Source of the DNA: Nitrospiraceae bacterium
GTDB lineage: Bacteria; Nitrospirota; Nitrospiria; Nitrospirales; Nitrospiraceae
Length of the DNA: 64,000 nucleotides
Assembly (NCBI GenBank): GCA_050246315.1
Contig: JBFWWG010000007.1
Span: forward strand, 32,001 to 96,000
Direction: 5' to 3'
Every line of letters starts with the position of its first letter. Positions within the stretch are counted from its first letter, which is position 1. The position numbers and the translations under genes are program-made. The notes beneath the pieces are model-generated. The model ran no database searches, was not told the origin of the DNA, and saw only the letters and a program-made list of their open reading frames with translations. Below, piece after piece: positions 18,249-28,326 of this stretch.

Positions 18249-18369
18249 CCCCGCGTCTTGTCGACCATCTTGGCGTTTGAGAAACACCTTCCCGATTCGT
18301 CATGCCAAATGCGCAGGGCGCGCGCCGATCCCGATCGCGCGCCGCGCTCCGCTTCGCTGCCCCCCCTCA

Positions 18370-18783
18370 TCACTCGGGCACACGAATCCAGACCTCATTC
18401 TCGGCGCCCAAGTCCGTGTCAAACCCCAAATTGATCTTCTGATACCGGGCAGGACTCTCCGGTTTCTCCGGGCCGCTGCCAGCCATGAGCTGATCGCGGG
18501 GAGTTGCGGCGATAGCCGCAGTTCCACTGGTGGCGCCTTTGGTCTCCGACTCCGGCGCCAGGACCCACACCTCATTGTCGCCGCCCAAATCCGGGTCGTA
18601 GCCCAGGTTGAGCTTCTTGTACCCGAGCATGTCCTGCCCCGAGGACGGCGCCATCGGTTCCTGGGACAGATCCATCGAGGAATCGGTGTGTTGATCCGCA
18701 GCCCAGACCGGACCGGCCTCCACGCAGAACCACATCAATACCGCCCCCATCAACAGGCGTCCTATCATTCGCCGTCCATACAT
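18370..18783 (-). CDS. Hypothetical exported protein with an internally duplicated 24-aa motif
   Basis: Signal peptide ending VWA; YKKLNLGYDPDLGGDNEVWVLAPE and YQKINLGFDTDLGAENEVWIRVPE. Confidence 0.82.
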   Translation of the reverse strand: MYGRRMIGRLLMGAVLMWFCVEAGPVWAADQHTDSSMDLSQEPMAPSSGQDMLGYKKLNLGYDPDLGGDNEVWVLAPESETKGATSGTAAIAATPRDQLMAGSGPEKPESPARYQKINLGFDTDLGAENEVWIRVPE

Positions 18784-18857
18784 CCTTCACCTTCCTTGTA
18801 AGAGAATTGGCCATTCCACGCTCACGTTGGAAATCAAGGACGCATGAAAGCTGCCAC

Positions 18858-18927
18858 AATCTAGCGGGATCAGGGGCAACAGGACGATTACCCGAGGGGT
18901 GGATTTTCCCTCACTCAGTCGGGTGAG
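18858..18927 (-). promoter_or_regulatory. Two imperfect palindromes (candidate NarL-family operator sites) upstream of a -10-like TAGATT
   Basis: Minus strand CTCACCCGACTGAGTGAG (18927-18910) and TCCACCCCTCGGGTAAT (18903-18887); TAGATT at 18863-18858. Confidence 0.45.
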
Positions 18928-18947
18928 GCCGGCAGAGGGACCAGCGA

Positions 18948-19592
18948 CTACGCGCCGCGCAGGAAGAGCAGGATGGCTTCGACTCGACCGGAAACACCGA
19001 GCTTGTGGTAGATGTGATGGAGGTGGGTCTTCACCGTGTCCAGCGATACGCACAGTTGGTCGGCAATCTCCTTGTTCCCCTTCCCGGCCGCCGCATGCGA
19101 GAGGATTTCCCGTTCTCGTTCGGTGAGGAGCGCCAAGCCGGTTGCTTTTTTGAGGCCTTCGCCGTAGATGGCCCCCACCGCCTTCCTCGCGAACCGGTCC
19201 GGCATGAAGGGGGATTCGACCTGCTTGCCCCGATGGGTCTCGCGGATGATCCGCAAGAACTCCTGGTGGTCGGCGTCCTTCAGGATATAGCCGCTGGCTC
19301 CCGCCAGCACGGCCGACACGATGCGCGCATCATCGTCGTGCACCGACAACATTAAGACTTTCGTCTCAGGCGAGCAGCCCAGGATCAATTTGGTTGCGGT
19401 GATGCCGTCCACATTCGGCATATCGACATCCATCAGGACGACGTCCGGCTTCTGGGCCATGGCCGAGAGATAGGCTTCGTGACCGTTGGTTGCTTCTCCC
19501 ACGACTGTGAGATCCGGCTCACGCTCGAGCAACAGCCTGAGGCTCTGCCGGAACAGCCGTTGATCCTCGGCGATCAGGAGTCGGATGGACAT
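18948..19592 (-). CDS. NarL/LuxR-family response regulator
   Basis: IAEDQ, LMDVDMP, GYILKD receiver; LTEREREIL...NKEIADQL..S..TVKTH HTH. Confidence 0.95.
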   Translation of the reverse strand: MSIRLLIAEDQRLFRQSLRLLLEREPDLTVVGEATNGHEAYLSAMAQKPDVVLMDVDMPNVDGITATKLILGCSPETKVLMLSVHDDDARIVSAVLAGASGYILKDADHQEFLRIIRETHRGKQVESPFMPDRFARKAVGAIYGEGLKKATGLALLTEREREILSHAAAGKGNKEIADQLCVSLDTVKTHLHHIYHKLGVSGRVEAILLFLRGA

Positions 19593-21859
19593 ACCAGGGT
19601 TTCCTGACCCGGAAGGACCACCGAGAAGACGGCCCCGCCGATCGGGCGGTTCGCAGCCACGATCCGCCCATGGTGCGCCTCAACCACGAGGCGACAGAAA
19701 TGCAACCCGAGGCCGCGGCCGATGCGCAGATCCGTCCCATCTTTTTTCCGGAAGAACATCTCGAAGATCTGCGGCAGGTCAGTTGGATCAATCCCCGGCC
19801 CTTCATCCTGAATCTCCGTGACCACCGGCGGTGGCCGCCCCTCGCCGGCGGCGCCCGACCCTTCGCCGCTGCGAGCCACACGCACCGCCATGACGACTCG
19901 CCCGGCGGGAGGGGAATATTTCAGCGCATTGTGCAGCAGGTTGATCCAGACTCGCTGCAACCGTCGCCGATCTCCCTGCATGACGATCTCCCCGTCCGGC
20001 GCTTCGATCAGAATCCTCACGCCTCTGGCCGAAGCCTCCGATTGGAACAAGTGCGCCACCTCCCGCAACTCTTCGTTGACCGAGAACCGCGCCCGGGACA
20101 ACGGAAGTCCCGAGTAACTGTCCTGATAGACGTCCAGCATGTCGTTGATCATCCCAAGCAGCAGGTGCGCGGTAAATTGCAGGTCTTCGATCAACGTCCG
20201 CAGCGGAGCCTTCTGCAGGTCGCAGTGCTCGGCCAGCACTTCCAGCGTCTTCTTGATCCCGGCCAGGGGGTTTCGGATATCGTGCGCGAACATCGAGGCG
20301 AACTGGCTGAGCGAGGCCAACCGTTCGGATCGCAGCAGTTGTCGCTCCAGCGTCTTCTTCTCGGTGAGGTCGCTGAACTGCAACAACACGTGCGTAACGG
20401 AACCGGCCCGTTTGAGGGGAACGAGGTTGACCTCGACGGTCAGCAGGAGGCCGGACGGGGTCGGCAGGTAAGTTTCAAACGGAGGACTCTCCGCTCCCGT
20501 GGCCAACACGAGACGGAACCGCTCCTCCCATTGATTCCGGTCGGCGTCGCGGAACAGGCCCAGCCATCCGTTCCCGTGAAGCCCGACTGCCGAGTGCTCC
20601 AGTTTGGATTCGGCCCGATGATTGACGTTGCGCACGATGCCCTCGGGATCGATGAGGATCTTGCCGTCCACCGACGAATCCCACAGAGTCCGATAATGGC
20701 GCTCCGATTCGGCCAACTCCTGATTCGCCCGTTCGAGTTCCATCATGGAGCGACTGGTTTCACGCGCCGCCCTCTCCAGCCGGTCCACCATGGTATTGAA
20801 GCTGCCGGCCAGGGTGTCGATCTCCCTGATACCTTTGGATACGGCACGGTCCAGTGGCCGCGCTCCCTTTCCTTCCGCGATCCGCCCGACCCTCAGACCC
20901 AGTTCATTCAACGGCTGCACGATCCGACGGGCGGTTCTGACACCAAGCCAGACGAACAATCCCAGGGTGGTAACTCCAAAGCCCGCCAATTTCCACAGAA
21001 GTCCGATAACAGGCGCCTCCGTTTCATCGGAATCTTGTCGGACAACGACGTACCAGGGCCTGGCCTGTCGCACTCGTGGCGGCAGGGTGACAGCCGCAGC
21101 GGCAATCACATCGCTCACGTTGTCGGCTACTTCCTCGGTGAAGAGAGTACGAGCCGTCGGCTCGGCACTCCCCTCCGTGAGGACCTCCTGTACATCCGGC
21201 CGAGCGGTTTGCAGAATCGGACAGAGTCGTCGTTGCCCGCAGTCCTGGGCCAACATCAACTGCCCGGTTGTCCCGATGCGCGTTCCCAACATCGTGGCAA
21301 GCAGCCGATCCATCGCGAGCACGACCTCGAGCGCCCCGATGACCTGCGCCTCCCCATCCGAGACCGGCACGGCCACCTCCCAATAGCTCCGTCCGTGCTC
21401 GTCTACCCTGATATTGCTTGACCATGGCCGCCCCTCCTCGAACACCACAGACCACCACGGTTGCTCACGATAATGGGCCGCACTCATGTCGGACGGCGCG
21501 ACCCCCACCAGCCGACCCTGCCGATCAAGGAGTACCAGCGAGCGAAAGTCGCGCTGATGCTCTTCATGCCATCTGGTTATCCCTGGGGCTCGAGCGACCA
21601 ATCGTGCCCCATCCCGGAGCGCATCACGAACCTCCGGAAGGCGGCTCAACCGCTCGACCCATTCGACCTCTCGAGAGAAAATGAGACCGACGTTGGCAGC
21701 GCCCTGCTTCGACAATTCCACGAAACTTTGGCCGATCGTGATCTGAAGCGCCTGTCTTGCATGCCAGTAGGCATACGCAAGGCCCACGGCTCCGAACACC
21801 AGCCCGAGACAAAGAATCGTGAGCGAAATGGAACGCTGGAGGCTGATTCGCTGCGCCAT
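19574..21859 (-). CDS. Membrane sensor histidine kinase (Cache-like, HAMP, PAS, HisKA, HATPase)
   Basis: Two TM segments, AHDIRNPL, NLLHNALKYS, DEGPGI, GLGL; overlaps the regulator start. Confidence 0.92.
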   Translation of the reverse strand: MAQRISLQRSISLTILCLGLVFGAVGLAYAYWHARQALQITIGQSFVELSKQGAANVGLIFSREVEWVERLSRLPEVRDALRDGARLVARAPGITRWHEEHQRDFRSLVLLDRQGRLVGVAPSDMSAAHYREQPWWSVVFEEGRPWSSNIRVDEHGRSYWEVAVPVSDGEAQVIGALEVVLAMDRLLATMLGTRIGTTGQLMLAQDCGQRRLCPILQTARPDVQEVLTEGSAEPTARTLFTEEVADNVSDVIAAAAVTLPPRVRQARPWYVVVRQDSDETEAPVIGLLWKLAGFGVTTLGLFVWLGVRTARRIVQPLNELGLRVGRIAEGKGARPLDRAVSKGIREIDTLAGSFNTMVDRLERAARETSRSMMELERANQELAESERHYRTLWDSSVDGKILIDPEGIVRNVNHRAESKLEHSAVGLHGNGWLGLFRDADRNQWEERFRLVLATGAESPPFETYLPTPSGLLLTVEVNLVPLKRAGSVTHVLLQFSDLTEKKTLERQLLRSERLASLSQFASMFAHDIRNPLAGIKKTLEVLAEHCDLQKAPLRTLIEDLQFTAHLLLGMINDMLDVYQDSYSGLPLSRARFSVNEELREVAHLFQSEASARGVRILIEAPDGEIVMQGDRRRLQRVWINLLHNALKYSPPAGRVVMAVRVARSGEGSGAAGEGRPPPVVTEIQDEGPGIDPTDLPQIFEMFFRKKDGTDLRIGRGLGLHFCRLVVEAHHGRIVAANRPIGGAVFSVVLPGQETLVCPSDS

Positions 21860-22061
21860 GATAACCTCAGGCTCAGCGCTGCTGGATGGGAACGAAGGGA
21901 ACCACGCCCACAGGCCCGCGGCCCCTTCTCTGTGAGAGATACCGCGTGTCGTACCGAGGTAGCCTATCACCTTGTTCGGATGATTTCACCCAGACCGGCG
22001 CCCGGCTCTGGAGGCGGTTTCGACAGGGCCGAAGAATCCGGCCTGTCCGAACCTGTTGCGT

Positions 22062-24485
22062 TCAGCCGCCCAAATCGACCAGGGTCACGCCGTCTCCTCC
22101 CTCGTGGCGATCGCCGGTGCGGAACGCCGAGACGTAAGGAGAACCTTTCAGATAGTCCCGCAGGGTTGCGCGCAGCTTACCAGTCCCATACCCATGGATG
22201 ATGCGCAGGAGCCCCCCGCCGGACAGCACCATCTGATCGAGCCGGGCGATCACTTCATCGAGGGCCTCATCCGCGGCTTTCCCTCTCACATCCAGCACGT
22301 GGTCGATCTGCGGTGATCCCGCGCGCGACCAGTGCCCCGGGACCTTGGAGCCGGCTCCTGCTGGCGACTCGGATCGGCTTATTCCGGTTTTCCCGGTCCC
22401 ATGAAGGGCATCCACGGAAACCGACATGTCGGTCGTCCCAACTCGAACGCGGACCCGTCGCTTGCCGACCGGGGCATCGAGCAGCAGGCCTTGTGTCCCC
22501 AATCCCGCGATCTCGACCTCATCACCTGGTTTGAGTCGATCGATCGGTACGGTCGAGACCGTCTCCGCCAACACCTCGGAACGCTGGTCCGCAATCTCCG
22601 ACAGCCGCTCCCTGGCGGCTTTGGCCTTCTCGGTGGTCCGATCTCGTTTGAGATCATCCAAGACAGCCTGGATCTCGCTCCGCGCGCGTTGCAGCTCCGC
22701 TGTCAGCCGCTTGCGAAGGTCTTTCCGTTCCGTGTGCTCGGAAGCTCGCAGGCGCTCCGTGATCGCCGCCGCCTCGCCAGCCTGCTGTTCGGCCTCAACC
22801 CGAAGTGCGGAGAGACGGTCCCATTCCTCCGCCACCCGCCGTTGGGTGTCCTGCAGATCACCAAGCAACCGTTCAAGCGCCTCGTCATCCCGTTCCAGCC
22901 GGCCCCGAGCCGCCTCCAAGAGGTCCTCGTCCATTCCAAGACGACCCGCGATTTCGATCGCGGAAGATCCGCCCGGAATCCCTATGATCAGCCGGTACGT
23001 GGGCGCCAGCCGCGCCACGTCGAACTCGACGCTGGCGTTCAGAAACCCGCGCGTCTCCTGCGCCAAGACTTTCAATTCCGTGTAATGGGTCGTGACCACC
23101 GCCTTCACGTTCTGGTCGGCCAATCGTAACAACAGAGCCTGCGCCAACGCGGCCCCTTCGGCGGGATCGGTGGACGTCATGGGTTCGTCAAGCAGCACGA
23201 GGAACGAGCGCAGCTCCCTGCGCCCGTCCCGTTGCGCCTCGGACAACAGCGCGAGCAGACGAATCATCGTGATCATGTGGGCTGAAAAACTCGACAAGTC
23301 TCTGGTCAGATCCTGCGCGTCTCCGATATCCGCATAGACCTCTTCAAACAACGCCATCTCCGACCCTTCATCACAGGGCAGCAGCAACCCGGCCCGGACC
23401 ATAAGCGCAAAAAGCCCGAGCAATTTGAGCACCACAGTCTTACCGCCCGTATTGGCGCCGGAGATGACCAGGGCGCACACGGACTCATCGAGGACGATAT
23501 CGTTGGGTACAACCTCGGGGCGGGCCAACGCCAGCAAAGGATGGCGCGCCTGGATGACCTTGATGCGGCCTCGATCATTCAACGCGGGGGCGCTCGCTCG
23601 TAATTGAGCCGCCAGAGCCGCCTTCGCGTGAATCGCATCGAACAGCGCCAGAATATCGAGGGCCTCCGACAACGCCGAAGCCTGCACCGAGACCACCAGC
23701 GACAATTCGTGAAGAATCCGGTTGATTTCGCGTTCGACCGCCACCTCGGCCACCTTGATGGCGTTGTTCACCTCGACCAGTTCCCGAGGCTCGAGAAAGA
23801 CTGTGGCGCCGCTGGCCGACACATCGTGCACGATACCGGGCACGGCAGTCCGCATTTCCGTCTTGACGGGAACGACATATCGCCCTTCCCGTTGGGCGAA
23901 GTACCGCTCTTGGAGGATGTCCTCGTACCGTTTGGATTGCAGGATCGATTCGAGACGATGGCGTACCTGCTGTTTGAGGTCATGAACCTGTTGGGTGAGT
24001 CGCCGCAGCTCAGGGGTGGCCGAATCCTTGATGGTGCCTTCGGGATCGATCGCCCACTCAAGCTCGGCCCGAAGCCCGCTCAATACATGAGCCGGCGGCA
24101 GCGGCGCCCCGAGGGCCGCCAGACACGCTGCGTCCTCGCGATGACGGGAGAGATAGCGGATCACGTCCTCAATCAGCCGGATCACACTCCCGACATCCCG
24201 AAGCTCATGGCTGTCCAATACGCCGCCTTTCCCGGTGCGTTGGAGCAATTCACTCACATCGGCGAACGGTAACGCGGGAAACGGGTCCGTCCCCGCACGC
24301 AAGCCCGCCATTTGGACGGTTTCACGCTGACGTTCCGTCGCCTCCGTCAGGTCGGTCGCGAGCTTCAACCCGCGGCAATATTGCGCACCCATGGTCGACC
24401 GCGCATGCCCGGCCAGGGCCTCGAGCAGGCGCTCCCATTCCAGCGCGCGTATGGTGTCCTGTTTGAGGTTGAGGTCGTCGCTCAT
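22062..24485 (-). CDS. mutS2: Endonuclease MutS2
   Basis: GIVHDVSASGAT, ISGANTGGKT P-loop, LSSFSAHM, C-terminal Smr domain (LDVRG...IIHGYGTG). Confidence 0.96.
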   Translation of the reverse strand: MSDDLNLKQDTIRALEWERLLEALAGHARSTMGAQYCRGLKLATDLTEATERQRETVQMAGLRAGTDPFPALPFADVSELLQRTGKGGVLDSHELRDVGSVIRLIEDVIRYLSRHREDAACLAALGAPLPPAHVLSGLRAELEWAIDPEGTIKDSATPELRRLTQQVHDLKQQVRHRLESILQSKRYEDILQERYFAQREGRYVVPVKTEMRTAVPGIVHDVSASGATVFLEPRELVEVNNAIKVAEVAVEREINRILHELSLVVSVQASALSEALDILALFDAIHAKAALAAQLRASAPALNDRGRIKVIQARHPLLALARPEVVPNDIVLDESVCALVISGANTGGKTVVLKLLGLFALMVRAGLLLPCDEGSEMALFEEVYADIGDAQDLTRDLSSFSAHMITMIRLLALLSEAQRDGRRELRSFLVLLDEPMTSTDPAEGAALAQALLLRLADQNVKAVVTTHYTELKVLAQETRGFLNASVEFDVARLAPTYRLIIGIPGGSSAIEIAGRLGMDEDLLEAARGRLERDDEALERLLGDLQDTQRRVAEEWDRLSALRVEAEQQAGEAAAITERLRASEHTERKDLRKRLTAELQRARSEIQAVLDDLKRDRTTEKAKAARERLSEIADQRSEVLAETVSTVPIDRLKPGDEVEIAGLGTQGLLLDAPVGKRRVRVRVGTTDMSVSVDALHGTGKTGISRSESPAGAGSKVPGHWSRAGSPQIDHVLDVRGKAADEALDEVIARLDQMVLSGGGLLRIIHGYGTGKLRATLRDYLKGSPYVSAFRTGDRHEGGDGVTLVDLGG

Positions 24486-24645
24486 AGAACTATCCGTCAC
24501 AATGGTCTATCAATCGATCGGCCCACAGGGCGCATTTCGAAAACCTCCCGTTGGTGGCGGCCTCCGGCTTCGTGTGAGGCTCGATCAATGGCCCGCAACG
24601 CCTCCGAGGCCGGCGTGTCGGAGCCGAGGCCCCCCATCGAATGAC

Positions 24646-24674
24646 TTGACTCGACGCGAAGGGGTCAGTACCAT
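24646..24674 (+). promoter_or_regulatory. Sigma70-like promoter of the gap operon
   Basis: TTGACT-17-TACCAT. Confidence 0.6.
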
Positions 24675-24738
24675 CTCCGAGTCCGCGTGCTTTTTCAACC
24701 CTTCACCTCACAACATTTTGCTTGTAGGAGTTCGCACC

Positions 24739-25743
24739 ATGGCCATCCGTGTCGGAATCAACGGGTTTGGAAGAATCGGGCGAAACGTACTGCGCGCGTC
24801 CCTTCACGACCCCTCGCTGGAATTTGTCGCGATTAATGACCTGACCGACGCTAAGACGTTGGCCTATCTGCTTGAATACGACTCCGTGCACGGGCGTCTC
24901 GATGCCACAGTTTCACACAAGGAAGACGCAATTCTCGTCAACGGGAAGCCCTTGATCGTGCTCGCAAAAAAAGACCCCAAGGATCTCCCCTGGAAAGACC
25001 TGGGTGTCGAGATCGTCATCGAATCCACGGGACGCTTCACTGATCGGGACGGAGCCGGCCGTCACCTGGCCGCGGGAGCCAAGCGCGTGGTGATCTCCGC
25101 GCCGGCGAAAGACCCGGACGTGACGATCGTCATGGGCGTCAATGACGGCACCTATGATCCGACGAAACACGCGATCGTGTCCAACGCCTCCTGTACGACC
25201 AACTGTCTCGCGCCGGTGGCCAAGGTCCTGCTCGACAGCTTCGGCATCAAGCACGGCGTGATGACGACCATCCATTCCTACACGAACGATCAGCAACTCT
25301 TGGACCTGCCTCATAAAGACCTACGCCGGGCCAGGGCCGCCGCCATGTCCATGATCCCCACCAGCACCGGCGCCGCCAAGGCTCTGCACCTGGTCTTGCC
25401 GCAGTTGAAGGGAAAGATGGACGGCATGGCGATCCGGGTGCCTACCCCGAACGTGTCGCTGGTGGACCTGTCCGTCGAGACGGACAAGGACTGTGACGCG
25501 GCTTCGATCAACGCCGCCTTCAAGAAGGCCTCCGAAGGACCGTTAAAAAACATTCTGCAATACTCCGATGCGCCGATCGTCTCGATCGACCAGAAAGGCG
25601 ACCCGCATTCCGCCACGTTGGACGCGCCCTTGACGACGGTGCTGGAAGGCCGCATGGTCAAGGTCATCGCCTGGTACGACAATGAGTGGGGCTACTCCTG
25701 CCGCGTACGGGACCTCATCAAGATGATGGCGGCCAAGGGATGA
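24739..25743 (+). CDS. gap: Type I glyceraldehyde-3-phosphate dehydrogenase
   Basis: GINGFGRIGR, SNASCTTNC, WYDNEWGY; AGGAG RBS before ATG 24739. Confidence 0.98.
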   Translation: MAIRVGINGFGRIGRNVLRASLHDPSLEFVAINDLTDAKTLAYLLEYDSVHGRLDATVSHKEDAILVNGKPLIVLAKKDPKDLPWKDLGVEIVIESTGRFTDRDGAGRHLAAGAKRVVISAPAKDPDVTIVMGVNDGTYDPTKHAIVSNASCTTNCLAPVAKVLLDSFGIKHGVMTTIHSYTNDQQLLDLPHKDLRRARAAAMSMIPTSTGAAKALHLVLPQLKGKMDGMAIRVPTPNVSLVDLSVETDKDCDAASINAAFKKASEGPLKNILQYSDAPIVSIDQKGDPHSATLDAPLTTVLEGRMVKVIAWYDNEWGYSCRVRDLIKMMAAKG

Positions 25744-25786
25744 TTCGTTGCTTTGTACACGACCATTGCGCTTCTAGGGAGTCGGC

Positions 25787-26986
25787 ATGAACCTGCACAA
25801 ACAGACGATCGACGACATCAGGTTGAAGGATCAACGAGTCATCGTTCGCGCGGACTTCAACGTACCGTTGGACGACGCGTTGCAGATCACCGACGATACG
25901 AGGATTCGCGGCACGCTGCCGACGATCAATCGTGCGGTGGACGAGGGCGCGAAGGTCATCCTCTGCTCGCACCTCGGACGCCCCAAGAGCAAGCCTGATC
26001 CCAAATACAGTCTGGCGCCGGTGGCCAAACGGCTACAGCGCCTGTTGGGCAAAGAGGTGGTGTTCGCCCCGGACTGCATCGGCCCGGGAGTAGAAGCGCT
26101 CGTATCCAAGATGAAGCCGGGCGACGTCTTGCTGCTCGAAAATCTTCGATTCCATGCAGGCGAAGAGAAGAACGATGATCAATTCGCCAAGGCGCTCGCC
26201 TCGCTGGGCGACATCTATGTCAACGATGCGTTCGGAGCCGCGCACCGGGCGCACGCGTCGATCGTAGGGATCACCAAGTTCATCAAGACTGCGGCGGCCG
26301 GCTACCTGCTGAAGAAGGAAATCGAATATCTGGAAGGCGCAGTGGAGAACCCCGTGCGTCCGTTCGTCGCCATCCTAGGCGGAGCCAAGGTGTCCGGCAA
26401 GATCGGCGTGATCGAGAACTTGGGCAAGCGGGTGGACAAAGTCATCATCGGCGGAGGCATGGCCTTCACGTTCATCAAGGCCATGGGCTATGAGATCGGC
26501 AACTCGCTTGTGGAAAACGATATGCTGGACTTCGCCCGCGGCATTCAGGATCACGCCTTCTCGCGCGGCGTGAAGTTCTACCTGCCCGTGGATTGCGTGG
26601 TGGCCGCCAGCCGAGAGCCCGGCGCGGAAAGCAAAATCGTGCCGATTCAGGAGATTCCCAAGGATTGGTACGCATTGGATATCGGACCCGCCTCCGTTAA
26701 GCTGTTCAGCGAAGCGATCCAGAACGCCAAGACCATCCTCTGGAACGGTCCGATGGGCGTCTTCGAGATCGATGCCTTTGCCAGAGGCACATTGGCCGTC
26801 GCCCATGCCGTGGCCAACGCCTATGCCCTGACGATTGTCGGAGGAGGCGATACGGCTCTGGCCGTGCACCGCGCGGGCGAAACGGACAGCATGTCGTTCA
26901 TCTCAACCGGCGGAGGCGCCGCGCTCGAACTGTTGGAAGGCAAGCAATTGCCCGGGTTGATCGCATTGCCCGAACGGGCTGATTAG
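25787..26986 (+). CDS. pgk: Phosphoglycerate kinase
   Basis: RADFNVP, LLENLRF, NDAFGAAHRAHAS, GGAKV, WNGPMG, STGGGA. Confidence 0.98.
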   Translation: MNLHKQTIDDIRLKDQRVIVRADFNVPLDDALQITDDTRIRGTLPTINRAVDEGAKVILCSHLGRPKSKPDPKYSLAPVAKRLQRLLGKEVVFAPDCIGPGVEALVSKMKPGDVLLLENLRFHAGEEKNDDQFAKALASLGDIYVNDAFGAAHRAHASIVGITKFIKTAAAGYLLKKEIEYLEGAVENPVRPFVAILGGAKVSGKIGVIENLGKRVDKVIIGGGMAFTFIKAMGYEIGNSLVENDMLDFARGIQDHAFSRGVKFYLPVDCVVAASREPGAESKIVPIQEIPKDWYALDIGPASVKLFSEAIQNAKTILWNGPMGVFEIDAFARGTLAVAHAVANAYALTIVGGGDTALAVHRAGETDSMSFISTGGGAALELLEGKQLPGLIALPERAD

Positions 26987-27035
26987 CGTGCCTCATTCCG
27001 GCACTACTCCTATTCCAGAGCTCGCACCTCGTTTC

Positions 27036-27803
27036 ATGGCACCCTACCTCATCGTCGGCAATTGGAAGATGACTCGGACGGCCTCGGAAGCCCCGTCCTT
27101 GGTCACCAGGCTGCTTGAGCTTGTTCCGACCGGGCTCTCGGTCGAAGTCGTCCTCGCCCCTCCCTTTACCAGCATCCCCGTCGTGGGGCAGCTCCTTGCC
27201 GCCGCGAACCATCGCCTGTCGCTGGGGGCGCAGAACGTGTTTTGGGAGGATCGCGGCGCCTATACCGGGGAGGTCTCCGCCCCTATGCTCGTAGACCTGG
27301 GCTGCCGGTACGTGATTCTCGGCCACTCGGAGCGCCGTCATCTCCTGGGAGAACAGGACGAAGCCGTGAACAAGAAAGTACGGGCGGTTCTTCGCCACGG
27401 ACTCTCCCCGATCCTCTGCGTGGGAGAAACCCTTGCCGAGCGGCAACAGGGACAGACCGAGAAAGTCATTCGGCGCCAACTCGATGCGGGGCTTGATGGG
27501 GTCACCGGACAAGATTTGACGACACTCACCGTCGCCTATGAGCCGGTGTGGGCTATCGGAACCGGGCAGGCGGCGAGCGTCGACCAGGCAGCGGAGGTGC
27601 ACCGGCAGATCCGTTGTGCGGTCGGAGAGAGAGGCGTGAGCAGCGCTGAGTCCGTTCGCATCCTGTATGGCGGGAGCGTGTCCGCGCAGAACATTGGCGA
27701 CTTTCTCTCCTCTCGCGAGATTGGCGGCGCATTAGTGGGCGGCGCTTGTCTCGATCCTGAAGTCTTTGCTAAGATCATTCGGATTGCCCAAGAGAAAGAC
27801 TGA
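27036..27803 (+). CDS. tpiA: Triosephosphate isomerase
   Basis: GNWKM, GHSERR, AYEPVWAIGTG, LYGGSV. Confidence 0.97.
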   Translation: MAPYLIVGNWKMTRTASEAPSLVTRLLELVPTGLSVEVVLAPPFTSIPVVGQLLAAANHRLSLGAQNVFWEDRGAYTGEVSAPMLVDLGCRYVILGHSERRHLLGEQDEAVNKKVRAVLRHGLSPILCVGETLAERQQGQTEKVIRRQLDAGLDGVTGQDLTTLTVAYEPVWAIGTGQAASVDQAAEVHRQIRCAVGERGVSSAESVRILYGGSVSAQNIGDFLSSREIGGALVGGACLDPEVFAKIIRIAQEKD

Positions 27804-27820
27804 TTTTTCATGGAGCGCTC

Positions 27821-28186
27821 ATGTACACCCTACTGATCATCGTTCATATCCTCACTTGCTTCTTCATGATCGCGACCATTCTGCTGCAATCAGGCAAGGG
27901 CGCCGAGATCGGGGCAGCCTTCGGCGGATCAAGTCAAACCGTCTTCGGGAGCCGAGGCCCTGCGAACTTTTTGAGCAAACTCACCGTCGGCTGCGCCGCC
28001 GTGTTCATGGTGACGTCATTGAGTCTGGCCGTCCTGGCCAAAGAACGGACGTTTTCCTCCACCGTCATCGATCTCAACAAGAAAGAATCATCCACTCCCT
28101 CATCGTCTGCCCCGTCATCGTCTACTCCGTCTGCGACGGAACAGAAGCCGACAGAGAGCGCCGCGCCTTCCGAATCTTCCAAATAG
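27821..28186 (+). CDS. secG: Preprotein translocase subunit SecG
   Basis: ILLQSGKG...FGG..QTVFG...FLSKLT; canonical position after tpiA. Confidence 0.93.
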   Translation: MYTLLIIVHILTCFFMIATILLQSGKGAEIGAAFGGSSQTVFGSRGPANFLSKLTVGCAAVFMVTSLSLAVLAKERTFSSTVIDLNKKESSTPSSSAPSSSTPSATEQKPTESAAPSESSK

Positions 28187-28326
28187 TCGGGTTTCCCCAA
28201 CCAAGACTCGGCAGTACGAGCAACGGATCCTCGGGGATGCTTCTAGGTCGTGCGCACGCGCCTACCGGGAGCGCTACTGAAAGTGCTTGGCAGGTCGAGG
28301 GATGGGAAGTGTTGAGGAGGTGGTTC

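Noticed and set aside
17660..18373. 237-aa ORF spanning the repeats
   Set aside because: A strong RBS and signal peptide start at 18028; the upstream extension is Arg-rich read-through of non-coding repeats
28187..28326. tRNA-Leu often found after secG
   Set aside because: No cloverleaf, T-loop GTTC motif or CCA end seen
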